DNA of 28,646 nt from a virus (taxonomy: Duplodnaviria > Heunggongvirae > Uroviricota > Caudoviricetes). Below, piece by piece: positions 1 to 7,841 of this stretch. The position numbers were made by a program, and so were the translations under genes. Positions within the stretch are counted from its first letter, which is position 1; each line of letters opens with the position of its first letter. The stretch spans positions 1 through 28,646 of IMG/VR virus record IMGVR_UViG_2925914267_000001. One strand, written 5' to 3'. A model generated the notes under the pieces. That model did not search any database. It saw nothing but the letters and a program-made list of their open reading frames with translations, and was not told the origin of the DNA.

Positions 1-276
1 ATGAATAGACAGCTTGTAAGCGTGACTGATGCCGTGCCTTATCAGGAGTTTGCAAAACTCATTGGTAAAACTCCAAGAGCTGTAAGGGGCATGATTGAGA
101 AAGGGAAATTACCAGTTATTGAGATTACTGACCCTCAGTCAGTATCGGGGCGTGCTGGTGAATATTGGGTATACCTTCCGGCATGGAATAACGGACTAAA
201 ACTGGCTTATGAAAGCCGTCCTAAAGAGATTCGTGACGGCTGGTTGATGTGGTTAGGTCTCGGTGAACCACGTTAA
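1..276 (+). CDS. cox: Cox, excisionase and early-promoter repressor
   Basis: 91-aa ORF; C-terminal two thirds match recalled P2 Cox almost residue for residue (SGRAGEYWVYLPAWNNGLKLAYESRPKEIRDGWLMWLGLGEPR); first gene of the early operon upstream of B and A. Confidence 0.9.
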   Translation: MNRQLVSVTDAVPYQEFAKLIGKTPRAVRGMIEKGKLPVIEITDPQSVSGRAGEYWVYLPAWNNGLKLAYESRPKEIRDGWLMWLGLGEPR

Positions 277-286
277 GGAGAACCGT

Positions 287-412
287 ATGAATGAGCCTCG
301 TTGTATTGCTCAGTTATTGCGTAACGAAAGCCCCAGGGCGATTGACTTCACCATCACCCACGGTAAGGGGCGTAAGGGAATCATTATCCGCACCAAAAAC
401 AGAGTCCGTTAA
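287..412 (+). CDS. small basic early-operon ORF (orf78-like), 41 aa
   Basis: ATG at 287 sits 6 nt after AAGGAG (275-280); stop TAA 410-412. An alternative ATG at 291 is in frame with B and open to 953, so the true reading frame here is ambiguous. Confidence 0.35.
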   Translation: MNEPRCIAQLLRNESPRAIDFTITHGKGRKGIIIRTKNRVR

Positions 413-452
413 AAAAGGCTCTGACCTTTCTGAAAAGCCGGAGGGTCTGGAA

Positions 453-953
453 ATGACAGTGATGACGCTCAATCTCGTTGAAAAACAGCCAGCAGCTATG
501 CGCCGGATAATTGGTAAGCATCTGGCCGTCCCTCGCTGGCAGGAGACATGCGATTATTATAATCAGATGATGGAACGCGAACGGCTAACGGTTTGCTTCC
601 ATGCGCAGTTAAAACAGCGTCACGCAACGATGCGTTTTGAAGAAATGAACGACGTCGAACGTGAACGGCTGGTTTGTGCAATTGATGAACTGCGTGGGGC
701 ATTCTCAAAACGCCGTCAGGTCGGTGCAAGTGAGTATGCATATATTAGCTTTTTAACTGTCAGTCAGCGCCGTACTTTATTTATGCATGCCGGATTGACT
801 GAAAAAGAATTCAACCAGCCATACTGGCGAATTAATGAAGAATCATGTTACTGGCGTGATGCCTTATTCCGTGCATTACGTGAATTATTCAGCCTGTTTG
901 AGTATGCACCGACAATTCTGACGTCGGTAAAACCAGAGCAATATCTGCATTAA
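453..953 (+). CDS. B: replication protein B (helicase-loader-like)
   Basis: 166 aa from ATG 453 (GGAGGG at 440-445); sequence MTVMTLNLVEKQPAAMRRIIGKHLAVPRWQ... matches recalled P2 gpB in length and sequence. Confidence 0.85.
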   Translation: MTVMTLNLVEKQPAAMRRIIGKHLAVPRWQETCDYYNQMMERERLTVCFHAQLKQRHATMRFEEMNDVERERLVCAIDELRGAFSKRRQVGASEYAYISFLTVSQRRTLFMHAGLTEKEFNQPYWRINEESCYWRDALFRALRELFSLFEYAPTILTSVKPEQYLH

Positions 954-1016
954 GTAATTAACCAGAGTTTTTAACGCACTTAATTGTGCGGGGCTTCTTT
1001 TTGCCTGGAGAAAGTC

Positions 1017-1241
1017 ATGCATACAGTTTCTGAAAATCAGTGCGGTAAATACGCATTACTGCTGCAACAGGCCAGAACCGAAGCACAGGCCGACGCAGCG
1101 ACGCGCTTTTCTTCTCATCTTGACGCCATGATTCGCCACATCACAAAGGCGGAGTTATCCCGCGTAGAGATAGTCGAGCTGCTCAGTCAGGAGTCGGAAA
1201 AATTTCACAATATCGGATTGTCTCGCGGGGAGGTGCTTTGA
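1017..1241 (+). CDS. orf80-like hypothetical early protein
   Basis: ATG 1017 preceded by GGAG; the listed ORF start at 984 is a TTG; stop overlaps the next start (TGATG at 1239-1243). Confidence 0.7.
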   Translation: MHTVSENQCGKYALLLQQARTEAQADAATRFSSHLDAMIRHITKAELSRVEIVELLSQESEKFHNIGLSRGEVL

Positions 1242-1543
1242 TGTCCTGTTCTCGTTCAGTTGTATTACTGAATAACGCCTTAAAAATCACCGTTATGAAA
1301 AATGGCGATCTATCTCTTATTCAACTTGGTCTTGATAAAGAAAAACGCGAAATAACTGAGTCTGTTATCGCGATTTATCAGAACGAATTAAATCTCCTGT
1401 CTGATGTGGTCAATTTACTTGTTAAACGCGCTGTATTTCACAAGCAAATCTCCTCCGTGGATGAACTGACGAAATTAACGACAGAAATTGCCAGCTATTG
1501 CGCTGATGAATTTAAAAAACTTAACGACAAAAGGAACTGGTAA
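1241..1543 (+). CDS. orf81-like hypothetical early protein
   Basis: ATG 1241 overlaps the upstream stop; conserved position in the P2 early operon. Confidence 0.7.
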   Translation: MSCSRSVVLLNNALKITVMKNGDLSLIQLGLDKEKREITESVIAIYQNELNLLSDVVNLLVKRAVFHKQISSVDELTKLTTEIASYCADEFKKLNDKRNW

Positions 1544-1767
1544 TGCCGGACAACGTAGATTTTATTCAGGAACAACAGGCTGAATTACTGGAGCGTCAGA
1601 TTAACGCGGCAAGGGTAAAACATTGCGGAGCTTCTGCGCTGGTTTGCGAAGAGTGTGACGCGCCAATACCTGCTGCCCGTCGTGCGGCTTATCCGTCAGC
1701 CACGCGTTGTGTTTCCTGCCAGTCAGTCTTTGAAGCAAAAAACAAACATTACCGGAGAACGGCATGA
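1543..1767 (+). CDS. DksA/TraR-type C4 zinc-finger protein (orf82-like)
   Basis: 74 aa; Cys pairs CEEC and CVSC separated by about 17 residues; start overlaps the upstream stop (TAATG). Confidence 0.75.
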   Translation: MPDNVDFIQEQQAELLERQINAARVKHCGASALVCEECDAPIPAARRAAYPSATRCVSCQSVFEAKNKHYRRTA

Positions 1768-2038
1768 GTATTCGTATTGAAATTGGCGAACGTTATGTCG
1801 TTACCAGTGACAGCTTTCAGTTTATTCTCCACGAGAAAAAGAGAGCGGAAGCGGTAAAAACGCCGGTCAGGAATGGCTGGCGGTGGTTGGTTATTATCCG
1901 AAATTAAGCCAGCTCGTTTCCGGCCTGATGCATCACGATATTCTGACCGGAAGCGCAAAGTCTTTTGCTGATTTAAACGCGCAGGTTGAGCAACTCAGCA
2001 GGCGTTGTTCAGAGGCTTTTGGCTCATATGGCCGTTAA
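1764..2038 (+). pseudogene. orf83-like early gene, reading frame broken by an apparent 1-nt deletion
   Basis: ATG 1764 with GGAG upstream stops at 1905-1907 after 47 codons; a second frame stays open from about 1811 to TAA 2036-2038 with no upstream start and ends in the usual overlap with the A start. The two parts join if one A is restored near 1848-1850. Confidence 0.55.
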
Positions 2039-4103
2039 AGCCTCCGGGCGTTTTGTCCCTCCTTCAGCATTTGCTGCAGGCACCGGTAAGGCGTTTACCG
2101 GTGCTTATGCATGGAACGCGCCACGCGAGGCCGTCGGGCGCGAAAGACCCCTTACACGTGACGAGATGCGTCAGGTGCAAGGTGTTTTATCCACGATTAA
2201 CCGCCTGCCTTACTTTTTGCGCTCGCTGTTTACTTCACGCTATGACTACATCCGGCGCAATAAAAGCCCGGTACACGGGTTTTATTTCCTCACATCCACT
2301 TTTCAGCGTCGTTTATGGCCGCGCATTGAGCGTGTGAATCAGCGCCATGAAATGAACACCGACGCGTCGTTACTGTTTCTGGCAGAGCGTGACCACTATG
2401 CGCGCCTGCCGGGAATGAATGACAAGGAGCTGAAAAAGTTTGCTGCCCGTATCTCATCGCAGCTTTTCATGATGTATGAGGAACTCAGCGATGCCTGGGT
2501 GGATGCGCATGGCGAAAAAGAATCGCTGTTTACGGATGAGGCGCAGGCTCACCTCTATGGTCATGTTGCTGGCGCTGCACGTGCTTTCAATATTTCCCCT
2601 CTCTACTGGAAAAAATACCGTAAAGGGCAGATGACCACGAGGCAGGCATATTCTGCCATTGCCCGTCTGTTTAACGATGAGTGGTGGACTCATCAGCTTA
2701 AAGGCCAGCGTATGCGCTGGCATGAAGCGTTACTGATAGCTGTCGGGGAGGTCAATAAAGACCGTTCTCCTTATGCCAGTAAACACGCCATTCGTGATGT
2801 GCGTGCGCGCCGCCAGGCAAATCTGGAATTTCTTAAATCGTGTGACCTTGAAAACAGGGAAACCGGCGAGCGCATCGACCTTATCAGTAAGGTGATGGGC
2901 AGTATTTCTAATCCTGAAATTCGCCGGATGGAGCTGATGAACACCATTGCCGGTATTGAGCGTTACGCCGCCGCAGAGGGTGATGTGGGGATGTTTATCA
3001 CGCTGACCGCGCCGTCAAAGTATCACCCGACTCGTCAGGTCAGAAAAGGCGAAAGTAAAACCGTTCAGCTTAATCACGGCTGGAACGATGAGGCATTTAA
3101 TCCAAAGGATGCGCAGCGTTATCTCTGTCGTATCTGGAGCCTGATGCGCACGGCATTCAAGGATAATGATTTACAGGTCTACGGTTTGCGAGTCGTCGAG
3201 CCACACCACGACGGAACGCCGCACTGGCATATGATGCTTTTTTGTAATCCACGCCAGCGTAACCAGATTATCGAAATCATGCGTCGCTATGCGCTCAAAG
3301 AGGATGGCGACGAAAGAGGAGCCGCGCGAAACCGTTTTCAGGCAAAACATCTTAACCGGGGCGGTGCTGCGGGGTATATCGCGAAATACATCTCAAAAAA
3401 CATCGATGGCTATGCACTGGATGGTCAGCTCGATAACGATACCGGCAGGCCGCTGAAAGATACTGCTGCGGCTGTTACCGCATGGGCGTCAACGTGGCGC
3501 ATCCCGCAATTTAAAACGGTTGGCCTGCCGACAATGGGGGCTTACCGTGAACTACGCAAATTGCCTCGCGGCGTCAGCATTGCTGATGAGTTTGACGAAC
3601 GCGTTGAGGCTGCACGTGCCGCCGCAGACAGTGGTGATTTTGCGTTGTATATCAGCGCGCAGGGTGGGGCAAATGTTCCGCGTGATTGCCAGACTGTCAG
3701 AGTCGCCCGTAGCCCGTCGGATGACGTTAACGAGTACGAGGAAGAAGTCGAGAGAGTGGTCGGCATTTACGCGCCGCATCTCGGCGCGCGTCATATTCAT
3801 ATCACCAGAACGACGGACTGGCGCATTGTGCCGAAAGTTCCGGTCGTTGAGCCTTTGACTTTAAAAAGCGGCATCGCCGCGCCTCGGAGTCCTGTCAATA
3901 ACTGTGGAAAGCTCACTGGTGGTGATACTTCGTTACCGGCTCCCACACCTTCTGAGCACGCTGCAGCAGTGTTGGATTTGATTGATATAGGGGTGGTTAG
4001 TTGGAATGATGCTGAGGTGATGACAGTTCTTAGGAAGAGATTAAAAGATTACTCACGGGAATTGATGGTATTCAAAGGAAGGGCTAGCCAACGCCCAATC
4101 TGA
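2028..4103 (+). CDS. A: replication initiation protein A (rolling-circle nickase)
   Basis: 691 aa from ATG 2028 (MAVKASGRFVPPSAF...); long match to recalled P2 gpA. The last roughly 50 codons differ from my recollection of P2 and sit in AT-rich DNA. Confidence 0.9.
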   Translation: MAVKASGRFVPPSAFAAGTGKAFTGAYAWNAPREAVGRERPLTRDEMRQVQGVLSTINRLPYFLRSLFTSRYDYIRRNKSPVHGFYFLTSTFQRRLWPRIERVNQRHEMNTDASLLFLAERDHYARLPGMNDKELKKFAARISSQLFMMYEELSDAWVDAHGEKESLFTDEAQAHLYGHVAGAARAFNISPLYWKKYRKGQMTTRQAYSAIARLFNDEWWTHQLKGQRMRWHEALLIAVGEVNKDRSPYASKHAIRDVRARRQANLEFLKSCDLENRETGERIDLISKVMGSISNPEIRRMELMNTIAGIERYAAAEGDVGMFITLTAPSKYHPTRQVRKGESKTVQLNHGWNDEAFNPKDAQRYLCRIWSLMRTAFKDNDLQVYGLRVVEPHHDGTPHWHMMLFCNPRQRNQIIEIMRRYALKEDGDERGAARNRFQAKHLNRGGAAGYIAKYISKNIDGYALDGQLDNDTGRPLKDTAAAVTAWASTWRIPQFKTVGLPTMGAYRELRKLPRGVSIADEFDERVEAARAAADSGDFALYISAQGGANVPRDCQTVRVARSPSDDVNEYEEEVERVVGIYAPHLGARHIHITRTTDWRIVPKVPVVEPLTLKSGIAAPRSPVNNCGKLTGGDTSLPAPTPSEHAAAVLDLIDIGVVSWNDAEVMTVLRKRLKDYSRELMVFKGRASQRPI

Positions 4104-4328
4104 TTATGTTTTGTAATGATAAGTTAATGCTGAATGAGTGGCTCGCGCATAACCTTGCGGGAAAAAGAGCATATTATGTACAGTTTTGAGGTTGGCTAGA
4201 GGGGATGGGCGAGATAGTTTGTGTTTGTGTGGGTTTGAGAAGTTTGATGCGCACATCAAAAATTGATACAACTGATTGAAAAAATGATAAAAAAGCTGTT
4301 AAATGCGTCAGTTTTCTAAGGGGGGAAG

Positions 4329-4454
4329 ATGAAAAAAATAACCAAGAGAAAAGAGAGAGAGATATTTTACGATCCTATTTACATCGTACAGGAAGAGATG
4401 TTGTATCTGCAGGGCGCTCTAAGATTAATCCTATTTCAAAAGCATCAAAAATAA
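4329..4454 (+). CDS. small basic ORF (41 aa) in the island leader, function unknown
   Basis: ATG 4329 follows a G-rich Shine-Dalgarno-like AAGGGGGGAAG; sequence MKKITKRKEREIFYDPIYIVQEEMLYLQGALRLILFQKHQK; AT-rich context; may be spurious. Confidence 0.25.
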   Translation: MKKITKRKEREIFYDPIYIVQEEMLYLQGALRLILFQKHQK

Positions 4455-4624
4455 ATCGTTGGATAAATGCGCAAATTAAAGATGGATTAAATTGCGAAAT
4501 AAGGAAAAATAGAGACCTTTTCCTTACTTTACCTAAAAATGAACTTTTCAAGTAATTACCATCGTACAATGCAAGCCATACAAACGATTAGGCATCTTAC
4601 GGGGCGGAAGATATTTAATAACCA

Positions 4625-5455
4625 ATGTTACCGTCTTTGTTTGTTGACTTTTCGAAGATTGAATATATTTCTGCATCTGCCGCATTGGTATTGACCGCGG
4701 AATTATCAAAATGGGATGATTCGGTAAGGCAACGCATTCGCCCAAAAGTGAAAACGTGGAATAAAAACATACTCTCTCAATTTGATGAGTTGGGTTTTTT
4801 TGACTTATTTAGAAATAAAGATAGTTTTGAGCTTGAAAAAGAAAAGGAACCAAGTAATATCCGTTTTGTTAAGTATATGAAAGGACATTTACATGATGAT
4901 GAAAAAACTCAGCATTTAAAAAAAGAAATAAAGCGTATTGTGGGAGAAGACCTTGGTAAATGGACTTTCCTATACAGTGGTTTGTCCGAAGCTATTACAA
5001 ATGTTGTTCATCATGCTTATCCAGATAATAAAGGCTATCATGAGCATGATAAAAAATGGTATTTAACTGCTTCATATGATAGTTCAAGTAGAATAATAAA
5101 AGTAGTGTTCTATGATCAAGGTATTACAATTCCTGGGTCTTTGCCGGAATCTAAACTCCATGAAAAGGTTTTAAATTACCTTTCGAAGTTACCGCTTGCA
5201 GAACGAAAAAGAGATGAACAATTGTTAAAGGCTGCAGTTGAAATCAAACGTTCTAGTACGGGGGAAGAGGATCGGGGTAAAGGCTTGCAGGACTTGTTGG
5301 AGTTCATAAAGCAACGTGGTGAAGGTTATCTTTCAATTATGAGTGGTAAAGGCCTTTACAAATACTCACAACATGATAAAAAATCTGAGGTAAAATCAGT
5401 AAGCTTCGCTCTGCCTGTTTGTGGTACACTTATAGTATGGAGTACAAAGCTATGA
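4625..5455 (+). CDS. GHKL (HATPase_c) kinase-like ATPase, RsbW/SpoIIAB-like
   Basis: 276 aa; N-box E122-AITN-VVHH-A131 (nt 4988-5017), G1-like D164-Q-G166, G2-like G218-K-G-L221 and G241-K-G-L244; AT-rich; stop overlaps the next start. Confidence 0.6.
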   Translation: MLPSLFVDFSKIEYISASAALVLTAELSKWDDSVRQRIRPKVKTWNKNILSQFDELGFFDLFRNKDSFELEKEKEPSNIRFVKYMKGHLHDDEKTQHLKKEIKRIVGEDLGKWTFLYSGLSEAITNVVHHAYPDNKGYHEHDKKWYLTASYDSSSRIIKVVFYDQGITIPGSLPESKLHEKVLNYLSKLPLAERKRDEQLLKAAVEIKRSSTGEEDRGKGLQDLLEFIKQRGEGYLSIMSGKGLYKYSQHDKKSEVKSVSFALPVCGTLIVWSTKL

Positions 5456-5751
5456 TTACTAGATTGGTTGCTAGCCTCATGAAAACATTGAAGATTGGTT
5501 CAGAGTTCTCGAAAGTTCCCAGAGGCCGCTATCGTACTGACGGGACAGCAAGTGGTGAACGGTTTAGAGAAGATTTCTTAAGAAAGCGTCTAAGCTTGCT
5601 TTCTGCTGGGGAAAAATTGCAGATAGTCATCGATGATGATGTCGAAGGATATGGTTCGTCTTTTTTGGTGGAGGGCTTTGCGGGCATGGTAAAATATGGA
5701 TATATGCATGCCAATGAGTTATTGTCTAAAATTGAAATTAAAATATACTAA
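5452..5751 (+). CDS. small STAS-like (DUF4325-like) protein, putative partner of the GHKL protein
   Basis: 99 aa from ATG 5452, which overlaps the upstream stop as ATGA, with GGAG at 5439-5442; C-terminal IVIDDDVEGYGSSFLVEGFAGMV resembles the STAS-like SSF-motif region. ATG 5437 is an alternative start. Confidence 0.45.
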   Translation: MITRLVASLMKTLKIGSEFSKVPRGRYRTDGTASGERFREDFLRKRLSLLSAGEKLQIVIDDDVEGYGSSFLVEGFAGMVKYGYMHANELLSKIEIKIY

Positions 5752-5822
5752 TCCTGATTTTGATTTCTATAAAAAGAAAATAGAACAATATATCAACGAG
5801 GCGCAGTTTAATTCGAAACGAT

Positions 5823-6485
5823 ATGAGCCAACAGTCGAATAATCCGATGTTTATTTTAGGTGAGGGTTCTGGTGAGTTCTCACCTAGTTTGCTTTTTATC
5901 AAGAAGGATAATGAAGAAGGCCTGAGTGCTACTCATGCAGTTAAGGATATTAATACGATAATTGAAGTAGCTAGTTCTAATATTGTTGATGCAATACGGC
6001 ATCCACCTGAAACGCCTATTTTATCGTCATCACTTATTACGGCTCTTATTAGTACTATTTGTGCGGCCACTGCTGCATTTGCATATAATAAAGTCCATTG
6101 GCGTTCTGTTGTTAAACGGGAGACTAAAACCAAACTCCTGGAGAGTATTTCAGATGTGGTTAATGAGTTGCGTTCTGATGCTATTAGTTATTGGTTGAAG
6201 GGGTATTCAAAAAAGTCGGCGAAGTCTCTCTTAGAAGAGGAAATGAGAATTAAGGCGAGTTTAAATATAATAAATTCGACTATAACAATATATGTTCAGC
6301 AAGAGTCGCGATGGAAAAGAAAGGATATTGAAGCTCAGTTAAGGGTTTTTCATGACGAACTTTTTGATATTATAACAGGTGATGATTTTGAGTCTCAGGC
6401 AAGGAAGCAGGATAAGGCAAAGGTTTCTGCTATTTCTACAAAGTGTGTGGCTTTTCGCGTTTTATTAAATACCATCAAGTTTTAA
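5823..6485 (+). CDS. single-pass membrane protein, putative effector, function unknown
   Basis: 220 aa; hydrophobic helix ILSSSLITALISTICAATAAFAY (about nt 6018-6086); charged K/E-rich C-terminal part; same strand and AT-rich composition as the two genes upstream. Confidence 0.5.
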   Translation: MSQQSNNPMFILGEGSGEFSPSLLFIKKDNEEGLSATHAVKDINTIIEVASSNIVDAIRHPPETPILSSSLITALISTICAATAAFAYNKVHWRSVVKRETKTKLLESISDVVNELRSDAISYWLKGYSKKSAKSLLEEEMRIKASLNIINSTITIYVQQESRWKRKDIEAQLRVFHDELFDIITGDDFESQARKQDKAKVSAISTKCVAFRVLLNTIKF

Positions 6486-6617
6486 GATAGCCATGCATGA
6501 GTTTGGTGCATGAAAATGCATGAGGTTTTACGAATTATTTTGGCTAAAATCAGCCTGCCCTGACTGGCTACGGCAGATATCATGCACCTGCATTAAAACC
6601 GCCCCATGAAGCGGGCG

Positions 6618-6636
6618 GGCGAGGCGGGGAAAGCAC
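6618..6636 (+). other. cos: cos site, 19-nt cohesive end GGCGAGGCGGGGAAAGCAC
   Basis: Exact match to the P2/186 cohesive-end sequence as I recall it; located between the cargo island and Q, as expected for the packaged genome termini. Confidence 0.8.
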
Positions 6637-6780
6637 TGCGCGCTGGCGGTGGTGCTGATTTTATTTTTTCAGCGTCTGAGCGCGTCGTGAAGGCGCTTAG
6701 TCTGCCCGTTGAGGCGTTGGTGTGTCTGCGGGGTGTTTTGTGCGGTGGTGAGCGTGTGAGCGCGTGATGACGGGGGTGTA

Positions 6781-6804
6781 AAAAAAGCCGCCCGCAGGCG
6801 GCGA
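6781..6804 (-). terminator. rho-independent terminator downstream of Q
   Basis: On the - strand GCCGCC-TGCG-GGCGGC stem-loop followed by TTTTTTT, starting 4 nt after the Q stop codon (6808-6810). Confidence 0.65.
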
Positions 6805-6807
6805 TGT

Positions 6808-7841
6808 TCAGCCGTTGTCAGTGTCCAGTGAGTAGTTTTTAAAGCGGATGACCTCCTGACCGAGCCAGCCGTTTATCTCGCGGATCCTGTCCTGTAGCGG
6901 GATAAGCTCATTGCGGACAAAGACCTTTGCCACTTTCTCAATATCACCCAGCGACCCGACGTTCTCCGGCTTGCCGCCCATCAACTGAAAGGGGATGCGG
7001 TGCGGCGTCCAGCAGGTCAGCGGCGCTGGCTTTTTTGATATTAAAAAAATCGTCCTTCGTTGCCACTTCACTGAGCGGGATAATTTTAATGCCGTCGGCT
7101 TTCCCCTGCGGGGCATAGAGAAACAGATTTTTAAAGTTGTTGCGGCCTTTCGACTTGACCATGTTTTCGCGAAGCATTTCGATATCGTTGCGATCCTGCA
7201 CGGCATCGGTGACGTACATGATATATCCGGCATGAGCGCCGTTTTCGTAATACTTGCGGCGGAACAGCGTGGCCGACTCATTCAGCCAGGCAGAATTAAG
7301 GGCGCTGAGATATTCCGGCAGGCCGTACAGCTCCTGATTAATATCCGGCTCCAGCAGGTGAAACACGGAGCCGGGCGCGAAGGCTGTCGGCTCGTGAAGG
7401 ACGGCACCCACCAGTAAACATCCTCCTCCACGCCACGGCGGGTATATTTTGCCGGTGAGGTTTCCAGTCTGATGACCTTACCGGTGGTGCTGTAACGCTT
7501 TTCCAGAAACGCATTACCGAACACCAGAAAATCCAGCACAAAGCGGCTGAAATCCTGCTGGAAAGCCACGGGTGCGGAATAAACGTTGAAGCCAGAATAT
7601 TACGTTTGACGTAAATCGGTGAGCTGTGATGTACGGCAGCACGCAGGCTTTTTGCCAGACCGGTAAAGCTGACCGGTGGCTCATACCATCTGCCGTTACT
7701 GATGCACTCGACGTAATCCAGAATGTCACGGCGGTCGAGTACCGGCACCGGTTCACCAAAGGTGAATGCCTCCATTTTCGGGGCGCTGGCGGTCATTTTT
7801 TTTGCCGCAGGTTGCGGTGTTTTCCCTTTTTTCTTGCTCAT
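6808..7841 (-). pseudogene. Q: portal protein gene Q, frame interrupted at three points
   Basis: Four consecutive - strand ORF pieces (7338-7841, 7282-7569, 6944-7411, 6808-7281) together cover a 344-aa P2 Q-like protein. Breaks are near 7560 and 7396 (1-nt deletions in G runs on the + strand) and near 6998-7006 (net +1). Confidence 0.8.

Noticed and set aside
291-953. 220-aa reading of gene B starting at ATG 291
   Set aside because: The frame is open from 291, but recalled P2 gpB is 166 aa starting at MTVMTL (ATG 453 with its own GGAGGG); the upstream part more likely belongs to the small orf78 region. Kept as an ambiguity, not called as the B start.
2005-2337. 110-aa alternative-frame ORF inside gene A, and the listed gene A start at 1986
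   Set aside because: The 1986 position is upstream of the conserved MAVKASGRF start at 2028, which has the usual overlap with the orf83 stop; the internal ORF is an overlapping frame of a strongly supported gene.
4375-4745. Two short - strand ORFs (64 and 65 aa) in the AT-rich leader
   Set aside because: Overlap each other and the start of the GHKL gene; no ribosome-binding site; low-complexity AT-rich translations.
6486-6530. Intrinsic terminator after the membrane-protein gene
   Set aside because: The ATGCAT palindromes give only a 4-bp GCAT/ATGC stem and the T-run (6526-6529) is short and 4 nt away from it; not convincing as a terminator, so reported only as a repeat cluster.
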